DNA of 64,000 nucleotides, from assembly GCA_965204725.1 (NCBI GenBank), contig OZ242005.1, positions 4,384,001 to 4,448,000 on the forward strand, read 5' to 3'. The notes beneath the pieces are model-generated. The model ran no database searches. It had not been told where the DNA came from and saw only the letters and a program-made list of their open reading frames with translations. The translations under genes were made by a program, and so were the position numbers. Source of the DNA: Candidatus Latescibacterota bacterium. Its GTDB lineage: Bacteria; Latescibacterota; UBA2968; UBA8231. This document shows, in pieces, positions 30,301 through 39,627 of this stretch; position 1 is the stretch's first letter, and each line of letters opens with the position of its first letter.

Positions 30301-31344
30301 TTAGGAGTAGCGATAGGGCCGACCGGCCTTGGCCATCGTCGCGTTGTACTGCTTGAGTATGTCGATGACCCGGGCCGCCCTCGGGCTGGTCTGGGCGATC
30401 TCGTCCCAGAACTTGAGTGCTTCGTCTTCCACTTGCTTCCATTCCGCGTCGGGAATGGACGTGAGTTCGAGCTTCGTGCCTTGGGTCCGCAAGTGCGCCT
30501 CGCCGCCCCAGTACCAGTGCTGGCGGTAATAGTGCGAGCTGTCCATGCAGACGCGGAACAGTTCCTGCAAGCGCTCGGGCAGCGCGTTCCACGAATCGCT
30601 GTTGGCAAAAAACGAGCCACACCACGCGCCGGAGATATTGTTGGTCAGGAAGTAGTTGGTTACGTCCGCCCAGCCGACCGTGTAGTCCTCGGTGATGCCC
30701 GACCACGCGATGCCGTCCAACTCGCCGGTCTGCACCGCGACCTCAATGTCCTCATAAGGCAGAGTAACCGGCACCACGCCGAAACGGGACAGGAACCTGC
30801 CGGCGGTCGGAAAGGTGGTAATGCGCTTGCCCTTGAGGTCGTCTAGGCTGCGGATGGGTTCAACCGTGTTGAAATGGCAGGGATCCCACGCCCCCGCGCT
30901 CAGCCAAGTTACGCCGTCGATTTCACCGTAGGCTTCTTGCCAAATTTCCCGCAGGCCGTACTGGTTGAACAGCACCGGCACGTCGAGACTGTAGCGCGTG
31001 GCAAAGGGGAAGTACCCGCCAAACACCGAAATGTCGGCGGGCGAAGCCATGGAATCGTCGTCGCTCTGTACCGCGTCAATCGTGCCCTTTTGCAACGCTC
31101 GGAACAGTTCGGGCGTCGGCACGAGCTGGTCTGCGGTGTACAGCTCGATGGTCATTTCGCCGTTGGCGATCTTGTTGAACGAATGGATCGCTGGCTTGAC
31201 CACGTGCTCGGCCAATGGACCACCGGCATAGGTTTGCAGACGCCACCGAATGGGGGCCTTGGTTTGGGCGATCACCGCTGGTGCGTTGACCGCAGCGGCC
31301 ACGCCAGCGACGCCGGCTGTTTTCAGAAAATCGCGTTTGTTCAT
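30301..31344 (-). CDS. TRAP substrate-binding protein (DctP), Tat-like signal
   Basis: NKRDFLK signal, IRWRLQTY, SLDDLKGKRI, VQTGELDG. Confidence 0.9.
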   Translation of the reverse strand: MNKRDFLKTAGVAGVAAAVNAPAVIAQTKAPIRWRLQTYAGGPLAEHVVKPAIHSFNKIANGEMTIELYTADQLVPTPELFRALQKGTIDAVQSDDDSMASPADISVFGGYFPFATRYSLDVPVLFNQYGLREIWQEAYGEIDGVTWLSAGAWDPCHFNTVEPIRSLDDLKGKRITTFPTAGRFLSRFGVVPVTLPYEDIEVAVQTGELDGIAWSGITEDYTVGWADVTNYFLTNNISGAWCGSFFANSDSWNALPERLQELFRVCMDSSHYYRQHWYWGGEAHLRTQGTKLELTSIPDAEWKQVEDEALKFWDEIAQTSPRAARVIDILKQYNATMAKAGRPYRYS

Positions 31345-31387
31345 TGGGGGGTCGTTTCGTCAGGACATTCCGTGGGTAGAGGACGCC

Positions 31388-32257
31388 TCAGAGGGCGACG
31401 GCTTGGTCTAAGGCGCGGATGTAGCCAACAGTCCAAGCTAGCCCGGCGGCGTGGTCGCCCGCGATGGCCGGGAAGTGCTCGGGGTAAATCTGACCTTTGT
31501 AGTCGATCTCTTTGAGGGCGCGGATGGTGCCGACCATATCGACCTCCCCCTTGCCAAAAGGCACTTCGAGGTAGCCTAAGTCCGCCAGCCGCTGCTCGAT
31601 TTCTGGAGTACTCGGCCCTTCGGGCTTGGTGGCGATGTCGCGCACGTGGACCATAAAGACCTTGTCGCCAAAGTGGCGGATCGTGTCGGGCAAGCTGTCG
31701 CCGGCCATTTGCGACTTGCCTTGGCAGAAGGTCAGGCCGTGGGCCGGCGAGTCGGTTGCGGCCATTAGACTAGCAAAGGACTCTCTGTTCCAGATTAGGC
31801 GGTCGGACACGTGAAACGTGTGGGTAGAGATTCGCACACCGGCCTCTTCGCCGATTTGGCCGAGTGTTTGGAAGATTTCCACCAAGCCCTGCCAGTGGGT
31901 TTGCCGCTGGTCTGGGTCGGTGGGGGCCGCGTCGGCACTGAGGTAGAAATGCACGAAAGGTATCTGCGCGTGGCCCATGTTTTCGATTAGGCGACGCATG
32001 TACCCCACTTCGCGGGTGCGGGCCGCGTCGTCAACGCAGGCGTCGAGGCTGAGGCGAGGCGGCGTCAGCCCAGCCAGCACAACTTCGGCGGCCGCGTATT
32101 GGTCGGCTAGGGCCTTGAGCGCGTCGGCCGGGGGCGCGTCGTCTGAAGCGATTTGGCCGGTGTTCAAGACGATGTGGGTGGTGCCGGCGTCGCGGCAAAA
32201 GGCGATGTTGCGAGCGTGATCGGCCCCAAACGGGGCAAAGATGCCGATGTCGAACAT
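31388..32257 (-). CDS. Sugar phosphate isomerase/epimerase or mannonate-dehydratase-like TIM barrel
   Basis: GAGGAGG RBS before ATG 32257; GLTFCQG, VHVRD, EVPFGKGEVDM, YPEHFP. The longer track ORF runs through the tRNA and is over-extended. Confidence 0.75.
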   Translation of the reverse strand: MFDIGIFAPFGADHARNIAFCRDAGTTHIVLNTGQIASDDAPPADALKALADQYAAAEVVLAGLTPPRLSLDACVDDAARTREVGYMRRLIENMGHAQIPFVHFYLSADAAPTDPDQRQTHWQGLVEIFQTLGQIGEEAGVRISTHTFHVSDRLIWNRESFASLMAATDSPAHGLTFCQGKSQMAGDSLPDTIRHFGDKVFMVHVRDIATKPEGPSTPEIEQRLADLGYLEVPFGKGEVDMVGTIRALKEIDYKGQIYPEHFPAIAGDHAAGLAWTVGYIRALDQAVAL

Positions 32258-32283
32258 GAGTTCCTCCTCAGCGTACATAAAAA

Positions 32284-32358
32284 TGGTGCTCCCACGGAGA
32301 CTCGAACTCCGGCTACAGGGTTGAAAACCCTGGGTCCTAACCGCTAGACGATGGGAGC
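32284..32358 (-). tRNA. tRNA-Glu (anticodon TTC)
   Basis: GCTCCCATCGTCTAGCGGTTAGGACCCAGGG-TTTTCAA-CCCTGTAGCCGGAGTTCGAGTCTCCGTGGGAGCACCA: cloverleaf, TTCGA T-loop, encoded CCA. Confidence 0.97.
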
Positions 32359-32372
32359 ACGTAAGGCAAAAA

Positions 32373-32401
32373 AATATAGACCTCGCCCCGCCTATTGGCA
32401 A
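32373..32401 (-). promoter_or_regulatory. Sigma70 promoter of tRNA-Glu
   Basis: Minus strand TTGCCA-N17-TATATT, ending 14 nt before the tRNA. Confidence 0.7.
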
Positions 32402-32408
32402 GCCATCC

Positions 32409-33803
32409 CTAGGCAAAGGCGTCGAGTTCGGGAGTGGGGAGATTGTAGGAAGAGGCTTGCTCAAAGGCGCGGGCGAGGCGCAACAGCCGCGCTTCGTCGC
32501 GGGGGTGGCCAATGATCTGCAAGCCGATGGGCAGGCCATCGCCTGTGAACCCACAGGGCAGGGAGACAGCGCACAGGCCGAGGAGGTTGACGGCGATGGT
32601 GTTGCGCAGGCAGAGGCCATTGATGGAGAAATAGACATCGTCGCGGTCAACTGCGTCGAGCGCGGGGGCGACAAAAGGAGTGGTGGGGGTGACGAGGAAA
32701 TCGACGTTTTCGAGGGCCATGCGGGCCTTGCGGCGCAGCTCGTCGCGCACTCTGAGTTGTTCGAGGAAGTCCGCCGCGAGGACCTCGCGGCCGTCGAGTA
32801 TGCGGGCCGAGACAATGGGGTCGAACTGATCGAAGTGCGCTTCGAGGTTGCGCCGGTGATAGAGATAGGCTTCGACGGCCGTGGTGCTAGGCCCGCTGCG
32901 CCACTGGGCTAGCTCGTCGAGCACCTCGAGCGATATTTCATCGGCATAGACGCCGAGGTCGGCGAAAACACTCGCCGCGGCGCGCACCGCCGTTTCGACC
33001 TCCACATCGACATCATCCCAGAAGTACTCGTGCGGGAAGCAGAGCCGGAGGCCGGCGACCTCGCCTTCCAAGTGATCCACCATGCAAAGGGCCGGGTCCG
33101 CCATGGCTTGGAACAACAGGGCGCAATCGCCCGCTGTCCGGCATAACGGCCCGATGCTGTCGAGAGTGGGATCGAGGGGCAAGACGCCGGTGTTGGGGAG
33201 CAGGCCAAAGGTCGGCTTGAGGCCGGTAAGGCCGCAAAAGGACGCGGGAATCCGCACCGAGCCGCCGGTATCCGAGCCGAGGGCCGCCGGTGCCAACCCA
33301 GCCGCCACGGCCACGCCCGAGCCAGAAGACGACCCGCCCGGCAGGCGATGCGTTTCGGCATCCCACGGATTGACTGGAGTCCCGTAGTGATGGTTGACGC
33401 CGGTGCCGCCAAAAGCGAATTCCACGAGCTGGGTCTTGCCCAAGAGCACGACGCCCGCGGCAAAGAGACGGCGGGCCACCGTGGCGTCGGCTGCGGCGAT
33501 GTGGTCGCGCAGCAGGGTCGAGCCGCCGGTGGTGGGCAGCCCCGCGACATCCACGAGGTCCTTAAAGGCGAGGGGAATGCCGTGCAGGGGACCGAGGTAG
33601 GTGCCGGCCGCGATTTGCGCTTCGGCCGCACGAGCTTGGGCGCGCGCCCGCTCGGCTGTGACGGCGAGATAGGCGTTGAGCGCTGGATCGTATCGCTCGA
33701 CGCGCTCTAGGTAGAATTCGGTGAGTTCGAGCGGGGAGAGTTCGCCGCGGCGGATCAGGGGGGCGAGTTCGGCGATGGGCGCAAACGCTAAGGCATTATC
33801 CAT
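32409..33803 (-). CDS. Amidase-signature family protein (GatA-like)
   Basis: GPLHGIPLAFKD, PGGSSSGSG, GSDTGGSVRIPASFCG. Confidence 0.92.
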   Translation of the reverse strand: MDNALAFAPIAELAPLIRRGELSPLELTEFYLERVERYDPALNAYLAVTAERARAQARAAEAQIAAGTYLGPLHGIPLAFKDLVDVAGLPTTGGSTLLRDHIAAADATVARRLFAAGVVLLGKTQLVEFAFGGTGVNHHYGTPVNPWDAETHRLPGGSSSGSGVAVAAGLAPAALGSDTGGSVRIPASFCGLTGLKPTFGLLPNTGVLPLDPTLDSIGPLCRTAGDCALLFQAMADPALCMVDHLEGEVAGLRLCFPHEYFWDDVDVEVETAVRAAASVFADLGVYADEISLEVLDELAQWRSGPSTTAVEAYLYHRRNLEAHFDQFDPIVSARILDGREVLAADFLEQLRVRDELRRKARMALENVDFLVTPTTPFVAPALDAVDRDDVYFSINGLCLRNTIAVNLLGLCAVSLPCGFTGDGLPIGLQIIGHPRDEARLLRLARAFEQASSYNLPTPELDAFA

Positions 33804-33806
33804 TCG

Positions 33807-35612
33807 TCAGTCCAATAGGGAAAATCCGGTGTAGCCGCGGCGGTCTTCCACGCCTTCTACGCCGCCTTGGGGAAAGTATTCCCCCCAGCGCCGGCTGACC
33901 TTTCGCGCGGTGTCTTCGTCCGCTATTAGCTCGTCCGGGTATCCGGGTTTCATGCGGCAATCCAAGACGATCGGCGGCGTATAGCAGGGGTGGTGGCGAC
34001 GAAGTTGGACGGCGGCGGGATAGGTGTCGGCCGCCGGCTCAAACCGGGTAAAGGTATTCCAAAGAAAGGTGATGTTCTTGGCTGCGGCGCGGGCGTCGTC
34101 CACTAAAAATATCAGCGGCCAAGCGGCGACGGCCCGGTCTTGGGCGAGGTGCTGGGCGTAGCTGGGATCTTCCTCGTACGTTGGGCCTTGCACCGCGAGG
34201 GCACCGGGGCAATAGACCTCGACGGCGCGGGCACCGCCGGGCAAGGCGTCGCTGAATTCCCGGGGCAATTCGCAGATCGGATCACCCACGCCTAGGAGGA
34301 TCCCTTTGCTGCCTTGGTTCACGGCCGGTCCTGTGTAGTCAAGGGTATCCATGGCGAGGTTGGCGATGACGAACAGGTCGGTTTCGAGCCGCGCCCGCGC
34401 TAGGGCATACGCGAGCACTTGCCGGAAGTCGCCCAAGTCCAAGGGGCGGTCGATTACGACCAAGAACTTGGTGAGGTTGAGCTGGCCGCCGTCCTCGCCC
34501 AAGATGCGAAAGGCGAATTTCATGGCCTCTCGTGGGTAGCGCTCCTCAACGACGATGGCCGCCAGCGAATGATAGCCGGTCTCGCCGTAGCTCCACATGG
34601 CCTTGATCGCGGGCATTACCAGCTTGCTCAAGGGCGTCATTAGCTGCTGGATGTAAGTGCCGAGGAACATGTCCTCCTGCGGCGGCTTGCCTACTACGGT
34701 GGCCGGGAAGATGGCGTCTTTGCGGTGGTAGAGACGCTTGGCTTGGAGCACTGGATAGTCGTGTTGCAGCGAGTAATAGCCGTAGTGATCGCCAAAAGGT
34801 CCTTCGGGCTGGCGCACGTGCGGCAAGACCACGCCCTCAATGGCGAATTCGGCTTCGGCAATAAGGGGCAGGCTGGGGCTTGGTACGCGGCGCAGGCGCT
34901 CGCCCTGCAACAGGGAGGCCAACATCAGCTCGGGCAAATCCTCGGGCAGGGGCGCGATCGCTGCTAGAATCAGGGCCGGCGGCCCGCCGACGAAGACGAC
35001 CAGCGGCAATTCTTCGCCCCGCTGCTCGGCGACGTGGTAATGGAATCCGCCGCCTTTCTGGATTTGCCAGTGGACGCCGAGGGTCTGAGAGTCGTGGCGT
35101 TGGATGCGGTACATGCCGAGGTTGTGGTGGCCGGTATCGGGGTGTTGGGTATAGACCAGCGGCAGGGTGATGAAGTGCCCGCCGTCCTCGGGCCAAGTTT
35201 TGAGCAGGGGTAAGCGCGCCAGATCGGGCGGCGACTGCACGCATTCGCTAATGGGGCCTTTGCCGACGGTCTTCAGCCCGACCTTCAGCGCAGCGGGGAT
35301 CAGGTTTTTGTGCGGCCAGAGCTTGCCCAGCGAGAGCGACGGCAGGTCTTGGGCCAACTGCACTAGCTGCGCGATAAACTGCTCCGGCCTAGGGCCAAAG
35401 GCCAAATCGACGCGCCGAGCCGTGCCAAAGAGGTTGGTGACGCAGGGAAAGTCCGCACCCTCAACGTGGGTAAAGAGCAGGGCCGGACCGGCCGCGGCGA
35501 GGACGCGACGATGGATCTCGGCGATTTCGAGCTCCGCGGAAACCGGGGCGTCCACGGTGACGAGCTCGCCTTCGCGGCGCAAGAGGTCGAGGAATTGGCG
35601 CAGGTTGTGCAT
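33807..35612 (-). CDS. UbiD-family decarboxylase (possibly the futalosine-pathway menaquinone type)
   Basis: NLGMYRIQ, HWQIQKGGGFHY, EGPFGDHYGYYS, ATVVGKPPQED, DTLDYTGP. Confidence 0.88.
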   Translation of the reverse strand: MHNLRQFLDLLRREGELVTVDAPVSAELEIAEIHRRVLAAAGPALLFTHVEGADFPCVTNLFGTARRVDLAFGPRPEQFIAQLVQLAQDLPSLSLGKLWPHKNLIPAALKVGLKTVGKGPISECVQSPPDLARLPLLKTWPEDGGHFITLPLVYTQHPDTGHHNLGMYRIQRHDSQTLGVHWQIQKGGGFHYHVAEQRGEELPLVVFVGGPPALILAAIAPLPEDLPELMLASLLQGERLRRVPSPSLPLIAEAEFAIEGVVLPHVRQPEGPFGDHYGYYSLQHDYPVLQAKRLYHRKDAIFPATVVGKPPQEDMFLGTYIQQLMTPLSKLVMPAIKAMWSYGETGYHSLAAIVVEERYPREAMKFAFRILGEDGGQLNLTKFLVVIDRPLDLGDFRQVLAYALARARLETDLFVIANLAMDTLDYTGPAVNQGSKGILLGVGDPICELPREFSDALPGGARAVEVYCPGALAVQGPTYEEDPSYAQHLAQDRAVAAWPLIFLVDDARAAAKNITFLWNTFTRFEPAADTYPAAVQLRRHHPCYTPPIVLDCRMKPGYPDELIADEDTARKVSRRWGEYFPQGGVEGVEDRRGYTGFSLLD

Positions 35613-35847
35613 GGCGGCTTGTGGTGGGGGTGGAAGGTCAGGTTGGTCTTGAATATATAGAAAGACCGGTCCGTTACAATGGATCGGTCAGCTTATAGGG
35701 AAATTCGTGGGGCTGGTTGAAGGCTGGGCTGGTTATCTATATATTGAAAAAATTGCAAAACGGGCACTGGTCCCACTGGATCACGAGGACGAGGCGTTGG
35801 AGTGCGAGGCGGTCCGGTATTGGGTGCTAGGATTGGGGCTCAAAGAG

Positions 35848-37980
35848 ATGAGATTGAAAAGGAAAATAACTGCACAATTCTGGGGGGCTAAAGGACTTAG
35901 CGTTCGTGCATCTAATTGTCTGTCAAGGGCAAATATTACAGACGAACAAGAACTAATCGAGAAAGTTACAACTCTTGATTTTCTGCTTGCCCTCAGAAAC
36001 TGTGGTAAACAAACAGCCGAAGAGATTTGGGCATTTCTCACGAACTTAAAATCTATCTCCAACCACCATCAAAGAGTAGAAGCTACATCGTCCAATTCGG
36101 GCGATGATCGTTCTGCCGAAGCACAATCAGTTTTTGTTCCGCTTTTGAACATAGAGGTATCCATACATATATGGGAAGTCCTCCAAAATACTCCTGTCGA
36201 TAGTATCCGATGGAGCGTTCGGACACAAAACGTAATCGGCTATCAGGGGTTGCAGGAACTAGCTGAGATTGCCGAACTTTCCCCTGAAGAGTGGCTCAAT
36301 TTTAGAAATTTCGGAGATACCTCTTTGACAGAAATTCAAGAGCGCACGGCAGAAATAATCGATCAACTTAGGGCTAACCCCGATGGTATTGAGCCGAGCA
36401 AAGAGCAATCTGTCTTTATTCCGCTTCTGAACACAAAAATATCCGCCCACACATGGGAAGCAATTCAAAACATGTCTATTCATCAATTCAACTGGAGTGC
36501 TCGAACACAAAATGTTCTCCGTCGGCAGGGCTTCAAAACGATTGCCGAGATTGCCGGATTTTCCCCTAGAGAGTGGCTCAATTTTGGCAATTTTGGACGC
36601 AAATCTCTGACTGAGATTCAGGAAACAGTTAATAGGATCGTTGCGAATACTGACCTGATATGTCTTGATTCGGTGAATGAGCATTCTGCTGAGGAGCTAT
36701 CTGAAAACTCTGGTGGTCGTCCCTTGCGTCCAAACGATCCCGGCTGGATTCCCGCTTTCGCGGAAATGACGACGAACGGCTCTACGGCTTGCCCAACACG
36801 ACCCAAGGTGGGTTTTCAGACAGATTCTGAAGTATCGCAGATTCAAACACTCGCCAACCTTGGCGACGTAGTTTTTCAATCCCTTCAAACTCGCCAACAG
36901 AAAATTATTGCATCCTACTACGGTTACAAGGAAGTACCTAAAAAATTACATCAAATTGGTGAAATGCTCGGAGTTACCCGTGAGCGAGTCAGGCAGATTA
37001 AGGCAGGGGTCAATAAGAAAATCAATCAAGGCGCGGACAACCACCTAATCAAAACCATAATCTCCTATCTATTGAGCCAGTCCATCTACGATGTTCTCGC
37101 GAAGGATGGTGGATGGTGTTCTGTCAAAGACCTCCGGGAAAGTATTCATCAGCGGCTGGGGTGGGAAGATAGCGATCAGTGGATTATCGACTGGTTTGAT
37201 GAAGCATTCGGCGAGGCGTGGATATGCTTAGGGACAGACGATTACAAAATTATTGATGGCACCTGTTATCTGAGATCAGAAGAACACATTAAAGATGTTT
37301 TTACAGAATTTGTGGCGAGACTTCAACGTTATGGCTATCGGCCTTTAGCATTGGAAGAATGCCAATATCTCATTCAAAAAAAAGACGAAGCTGATTTCGA
37401 TCCAGATTATCTGCTTAATAAAATTGTAAGCCATCCCGCTTTGAAAGTTCATCAGTATGGAAAAACACTCATCGGGCTAAAGGAGTGGACTTGGTTTAGT
37501 CCTGAAAAACCAACAACTGCCACAGGACTGGTCTCACTCATCGAATGGTATCTCCGAATGACCAATGAACCCACCACGGCAAAAGCAATTGCCAATGGGA
37601 TAGGGAGTGAACTCGGCAATTTTAGGTTGACGTCTTTTGATGTTGCCGACATCTGCGAAAAACAGCCTTATCTTTTTTTCGTAAATGACAATGGGACCTA
37701 TGGCTTAGACCTTTGGGAGAGAGCCCCAAAATATCGGCAAGCCCTCGCACGGTTACTGTCAGATGAACCGTTACCTATTGAGCGGATTGCCGAGCTATTG
37801 TCCCCCCAAGACCCAGAGGAGACGAGGCTTATTGTCGCAGTATTGAACTTTTATACAGATTTGTTTGTGGAAGCGATGCCTTTTGAGTGGACATTAAAGT
37901 TGCAGGAGGACAAAATTGAGGCAAAAATAGATTTTGACTATACTAGGCTCACTTTTGAAGACTTAATGCCTAAATTATGA
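35848..37980 (+). CDS. Protein with three RNAP alpha-CTD-like domains and a sigma70 region-4 HTH
   Basis: LSVRASNCLSRANI...RNCGKQTAEEI; WSVRTQNV...RNFGDTSLTEIQE; WSARTQNVL...GNFGRKSLTEIQE; LHQIGEMLGVTRERVRQIK. Start uncertain (35707 or 35848). Confidence 0.8.
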   Translation: MRLKRKITAQFWGAKGLSVRASNCLSRANITDEQELIEKVTTLDFLLALRNCGKQTAEEIWAFLTNLKSISNHHQRVEATSSNSGDDRSAEAQSVFVPLLNIEVSIHIWEVLQNTPVDSIRWSVRTQNVIGYQGLQELAEIAELSPEEWLNFRNFGDTSLTEIQERTAEIIDQLRANPDGIEPSKEQSVFIPLLNTKISAHTWEAIQNMSIHQFNWSARTQNVLRRQGFKTIAEIAGFSPREWLNFGNFGRKSLTEIQETVNRIVANTDLICLDSVNEHSAEELSENSGGRPLRPNDPGWIPAFAEMTTNGSTACPTRPKVGFQTDSEVSQIQTLANLGDVVFQSLQTRQQKIIASYYGYKEVPKKLHQIGEMLGVTRERVRQIKAGVNKKINQGADNHLIKTIISYLLSQSIYDVLAKDGGWCSVKDLRESIHQRLGWEDSDQWIIDWFDEAFGEAWICLGTDDYKIIDGTCYLRSEEHIKDVFTEFVARLQRYGYRPLALEECQYLIQKKDEADFDPDYLLNKIVSHPALKVHQYGKTLIGLKEWTWFSPEKPTTATGLVSLIEWYLRMTNEPTTAKAIANGIGSELGNFRLTSFDVADICEKQPYLFFVNDNGTYGLDLWERAPKYRQALARLLSDEPLPIERIAELLSPQDPEETRLIVAVLNFYTDLFVEAMPFEWTLKLQEDKIEAKIDFDYTRLTFEDLMPKL
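36693..36827. mobile_element. 135-bp MITE inserted in frame within a CDS
   Basis: Imperfect 18-bp terminal inverted repeats (GGAGCTATCTGAAAACTC / GGGTTTTCAGACAGATTC), TGA direct repeats on both sides, internal CTGGATTCCCGCTTTCGCGGAAATGAC palindrome, related copy at 61055-61138. Confidence 0.8.
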
Positions 37981-39617
37981 GAGATTCGCACCGAATGATT
38001 TTGCCGCAACATCAACAACCAATAACCGTTCGACTTGCGCGGGAAGAAGATATTGACGGCGCGAAGCGAATTGCGGATCAACACCGTACGGAATTGGGGT
38101 TTGTCAACATCGCCATTTTGCGGGTAGCACAAAGCAAAGAATGGCTTCTTGTTGCAGCCGAATGGGAGAATCAGAAAAAGTGTGATGTAGTCGTTGGATT
38201 TGCAAATTTTCGGATCAAACGAGATAAAAATGCAACGCTGTACGAAATTGCAGTAGTTGATTCACACAGACGTACAGGAGTCGGGACCCGTTTGCTGAGC
38301 GAATTAATTCGACGTGTTCATCTAGCGGGCGGGCAATATGTTCGTCTCAAGTGTCCACAAGATCTAAGTGCCAATAAATTTTACCAAAAATTCGGATTTC
38401 GGCATGGCGAAGCAGAGCAACGTAAGAAGAGACGGCTACAAGTGTGGTACTATCATATTCCCTTAATGCACGGCTCAGGAGCGGAAACATCAGTTACTCC
38501 TTTTATTCGCATAGCTGATAAGCAGGCTTTGCAGCAACCTTTCACATGGGAGAACGAACTTCACGCAACCGCACGTTTTTACGCTTCCCTGACAGTCAAA
38601 CCGGATGAAATGAGGACATTGCATCGCCTCTGGCATAAACATGCACACGACTTTGACTGGAAGTTCGGCAAACCGAATCCATTTCAACGAGTGCTTATCT
38701 CTCCCGTAGTTGCCCACAGGTACACCTTCGATTTCGTCCGAGAACTGAAACGGACAGGTGAAACGGAAGTGGTCATGTTCGATTCTGGTGGCTATTTCGT
38801 CCAGAAAGGAGACATCTCTTATTACGATCTTCATCGGAAACTCTATGAATACTATCAGCAGGAGGATTGGGCGGATATCTATGTTCTGCCAGATAATCCA
38901 CCACTCAGTGGAGACTCACTGCGTTCCGCAGAAGCGAAGATAAAACAAACTGTTGAGGGTAGCCTGCGACTTTACGGCGACCTTTCTTACGAAGTTCAGC
39001 AGAAAGCGATGCCTGTCGTTCACGCAACGAGAAGTGAACATCTCGACTATTGCCTGAGACAATACGCTAATTTTAAGAATATCGGTTTCGGCTCATTTCC
39101 AACAAGAGGAACTTCAAATTCTATCAACCGATTGAACATCAACGCGCTAATGATTCTCCGACAACTGACTCGGATGCTGGATTCTGAGGATGTAAAACTA
39201 CATACCTTTGGTATTTCAACACCACCCGCAATTTACCTGCTATCGCTGGCTGGTGTACATTCTTTTGACTCTAATGGTTGGATGCGGTCTGGTGGATATG
39301 GTAAGGTATTCCTCCCATTTATGCGGGGCTATCTAGTCACTTTCAATTCTCGGAGGAATGGGAGTTTGAATGAAACAGAATTCAAATTGTGGAAAGAAAA
39401 TATAAAGCATGATTGTCCGTTCTGCGGTTCCTTCGAGCGGCTTTCAAATAACCGATGGGATCGAATTATGCACAATCTGATAGTTATGTCAGAGTTAGAA
39501 ACACATCAAAGGACACCCCGAACTGATATGTTACGAGAGTTATCAGGAACGTACTATCGTATGTCACAAAGCTTGATAAGTGAAGACTTGTGTCCTGTTA
39601 GTAATCACGACCTTTAA
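37977..39617 (+). CDS. GNAT acetyltransferase fused to a tRNA-guanine-transglycosylase (TGT/DpdA)-like domain
   Basis: GNAT: LYEIAVVDSHRRTGVGTRLL, ANKFYQKFGF. TGT-like: MFDSGGY, LPDNPP, MPVVHA, IGFGS, LHTFGI, SFDSNGW, zinc-site-like HDCPFC...MHNL. Confidence 0.8.
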   Translation: MRDSHRMILPQHQQPITVRLAREEDIDGAKRIADQHRTELGFVNIAILRVAQSKEWLLVAAEWENQKKCDVVVGFANFRIKRDKNATLYEIAVVDSHRRTGVGTRLLSELIRRVHLAGGQYVRLKCPQDLSANKFYQKFGFRHGEAEQRKKRRLQVWYYHIPLMHGSGAETSVTPFIRIADKQALQQPFTWENELHATARFYASLTVKPDEMRTLHRLWHKHAHDFDWKFGKPNPFQRVLISPVVAHRYTFDFVRELKRTGETEVVMFDSGGYFVQKGDISYYDLHRKLYEYYQQEDWADIYVLPDNPPLSGDSLRSAEAKIKQTVEGSLRLYGDLSYEVQQKAMPVVHATRSEHLDYCLRQYANFKNIGFGSFPTRGTSNSINRLNINALMILRQLTRMLDSEDVKLHTFGISTPPAIYLLSLAGVHSFDSNGWMRSGGYGKVFLPFMRGYLVTFNSRRNGSLNETEFKLWKENIKHDCPFCGSFERLSNNRWDRIMHNLIVMSELETHQRTPRTDMLRELSGTYYRMSQSLISEDLCPVSNHDL

Positions 39618-39627
39618 TGGAGGAACA

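Noticed and set aside
35664-35689. Inverted repeat GACCGGTCC...GGATCGGTC as an island end or att site
   Set aside because: No counterpart at the right boundary; more likely a terminator or operator near ubiD.
35848-37980. True sigma factor or rpoA
   Set aside because: No sigma region 2 and no alpha N-terminal domain; only the small DNA-contact modules are present.
37977-39617. Housekeeping queuine tRNA-ribosyltransferase (tgt)
   Set aside because: Lacks the canonical TPxFMPVGT and NTYHL motifs, carries a GNAT fusion and sits among ATPase/PglZ genes; no gene symbol assigned.
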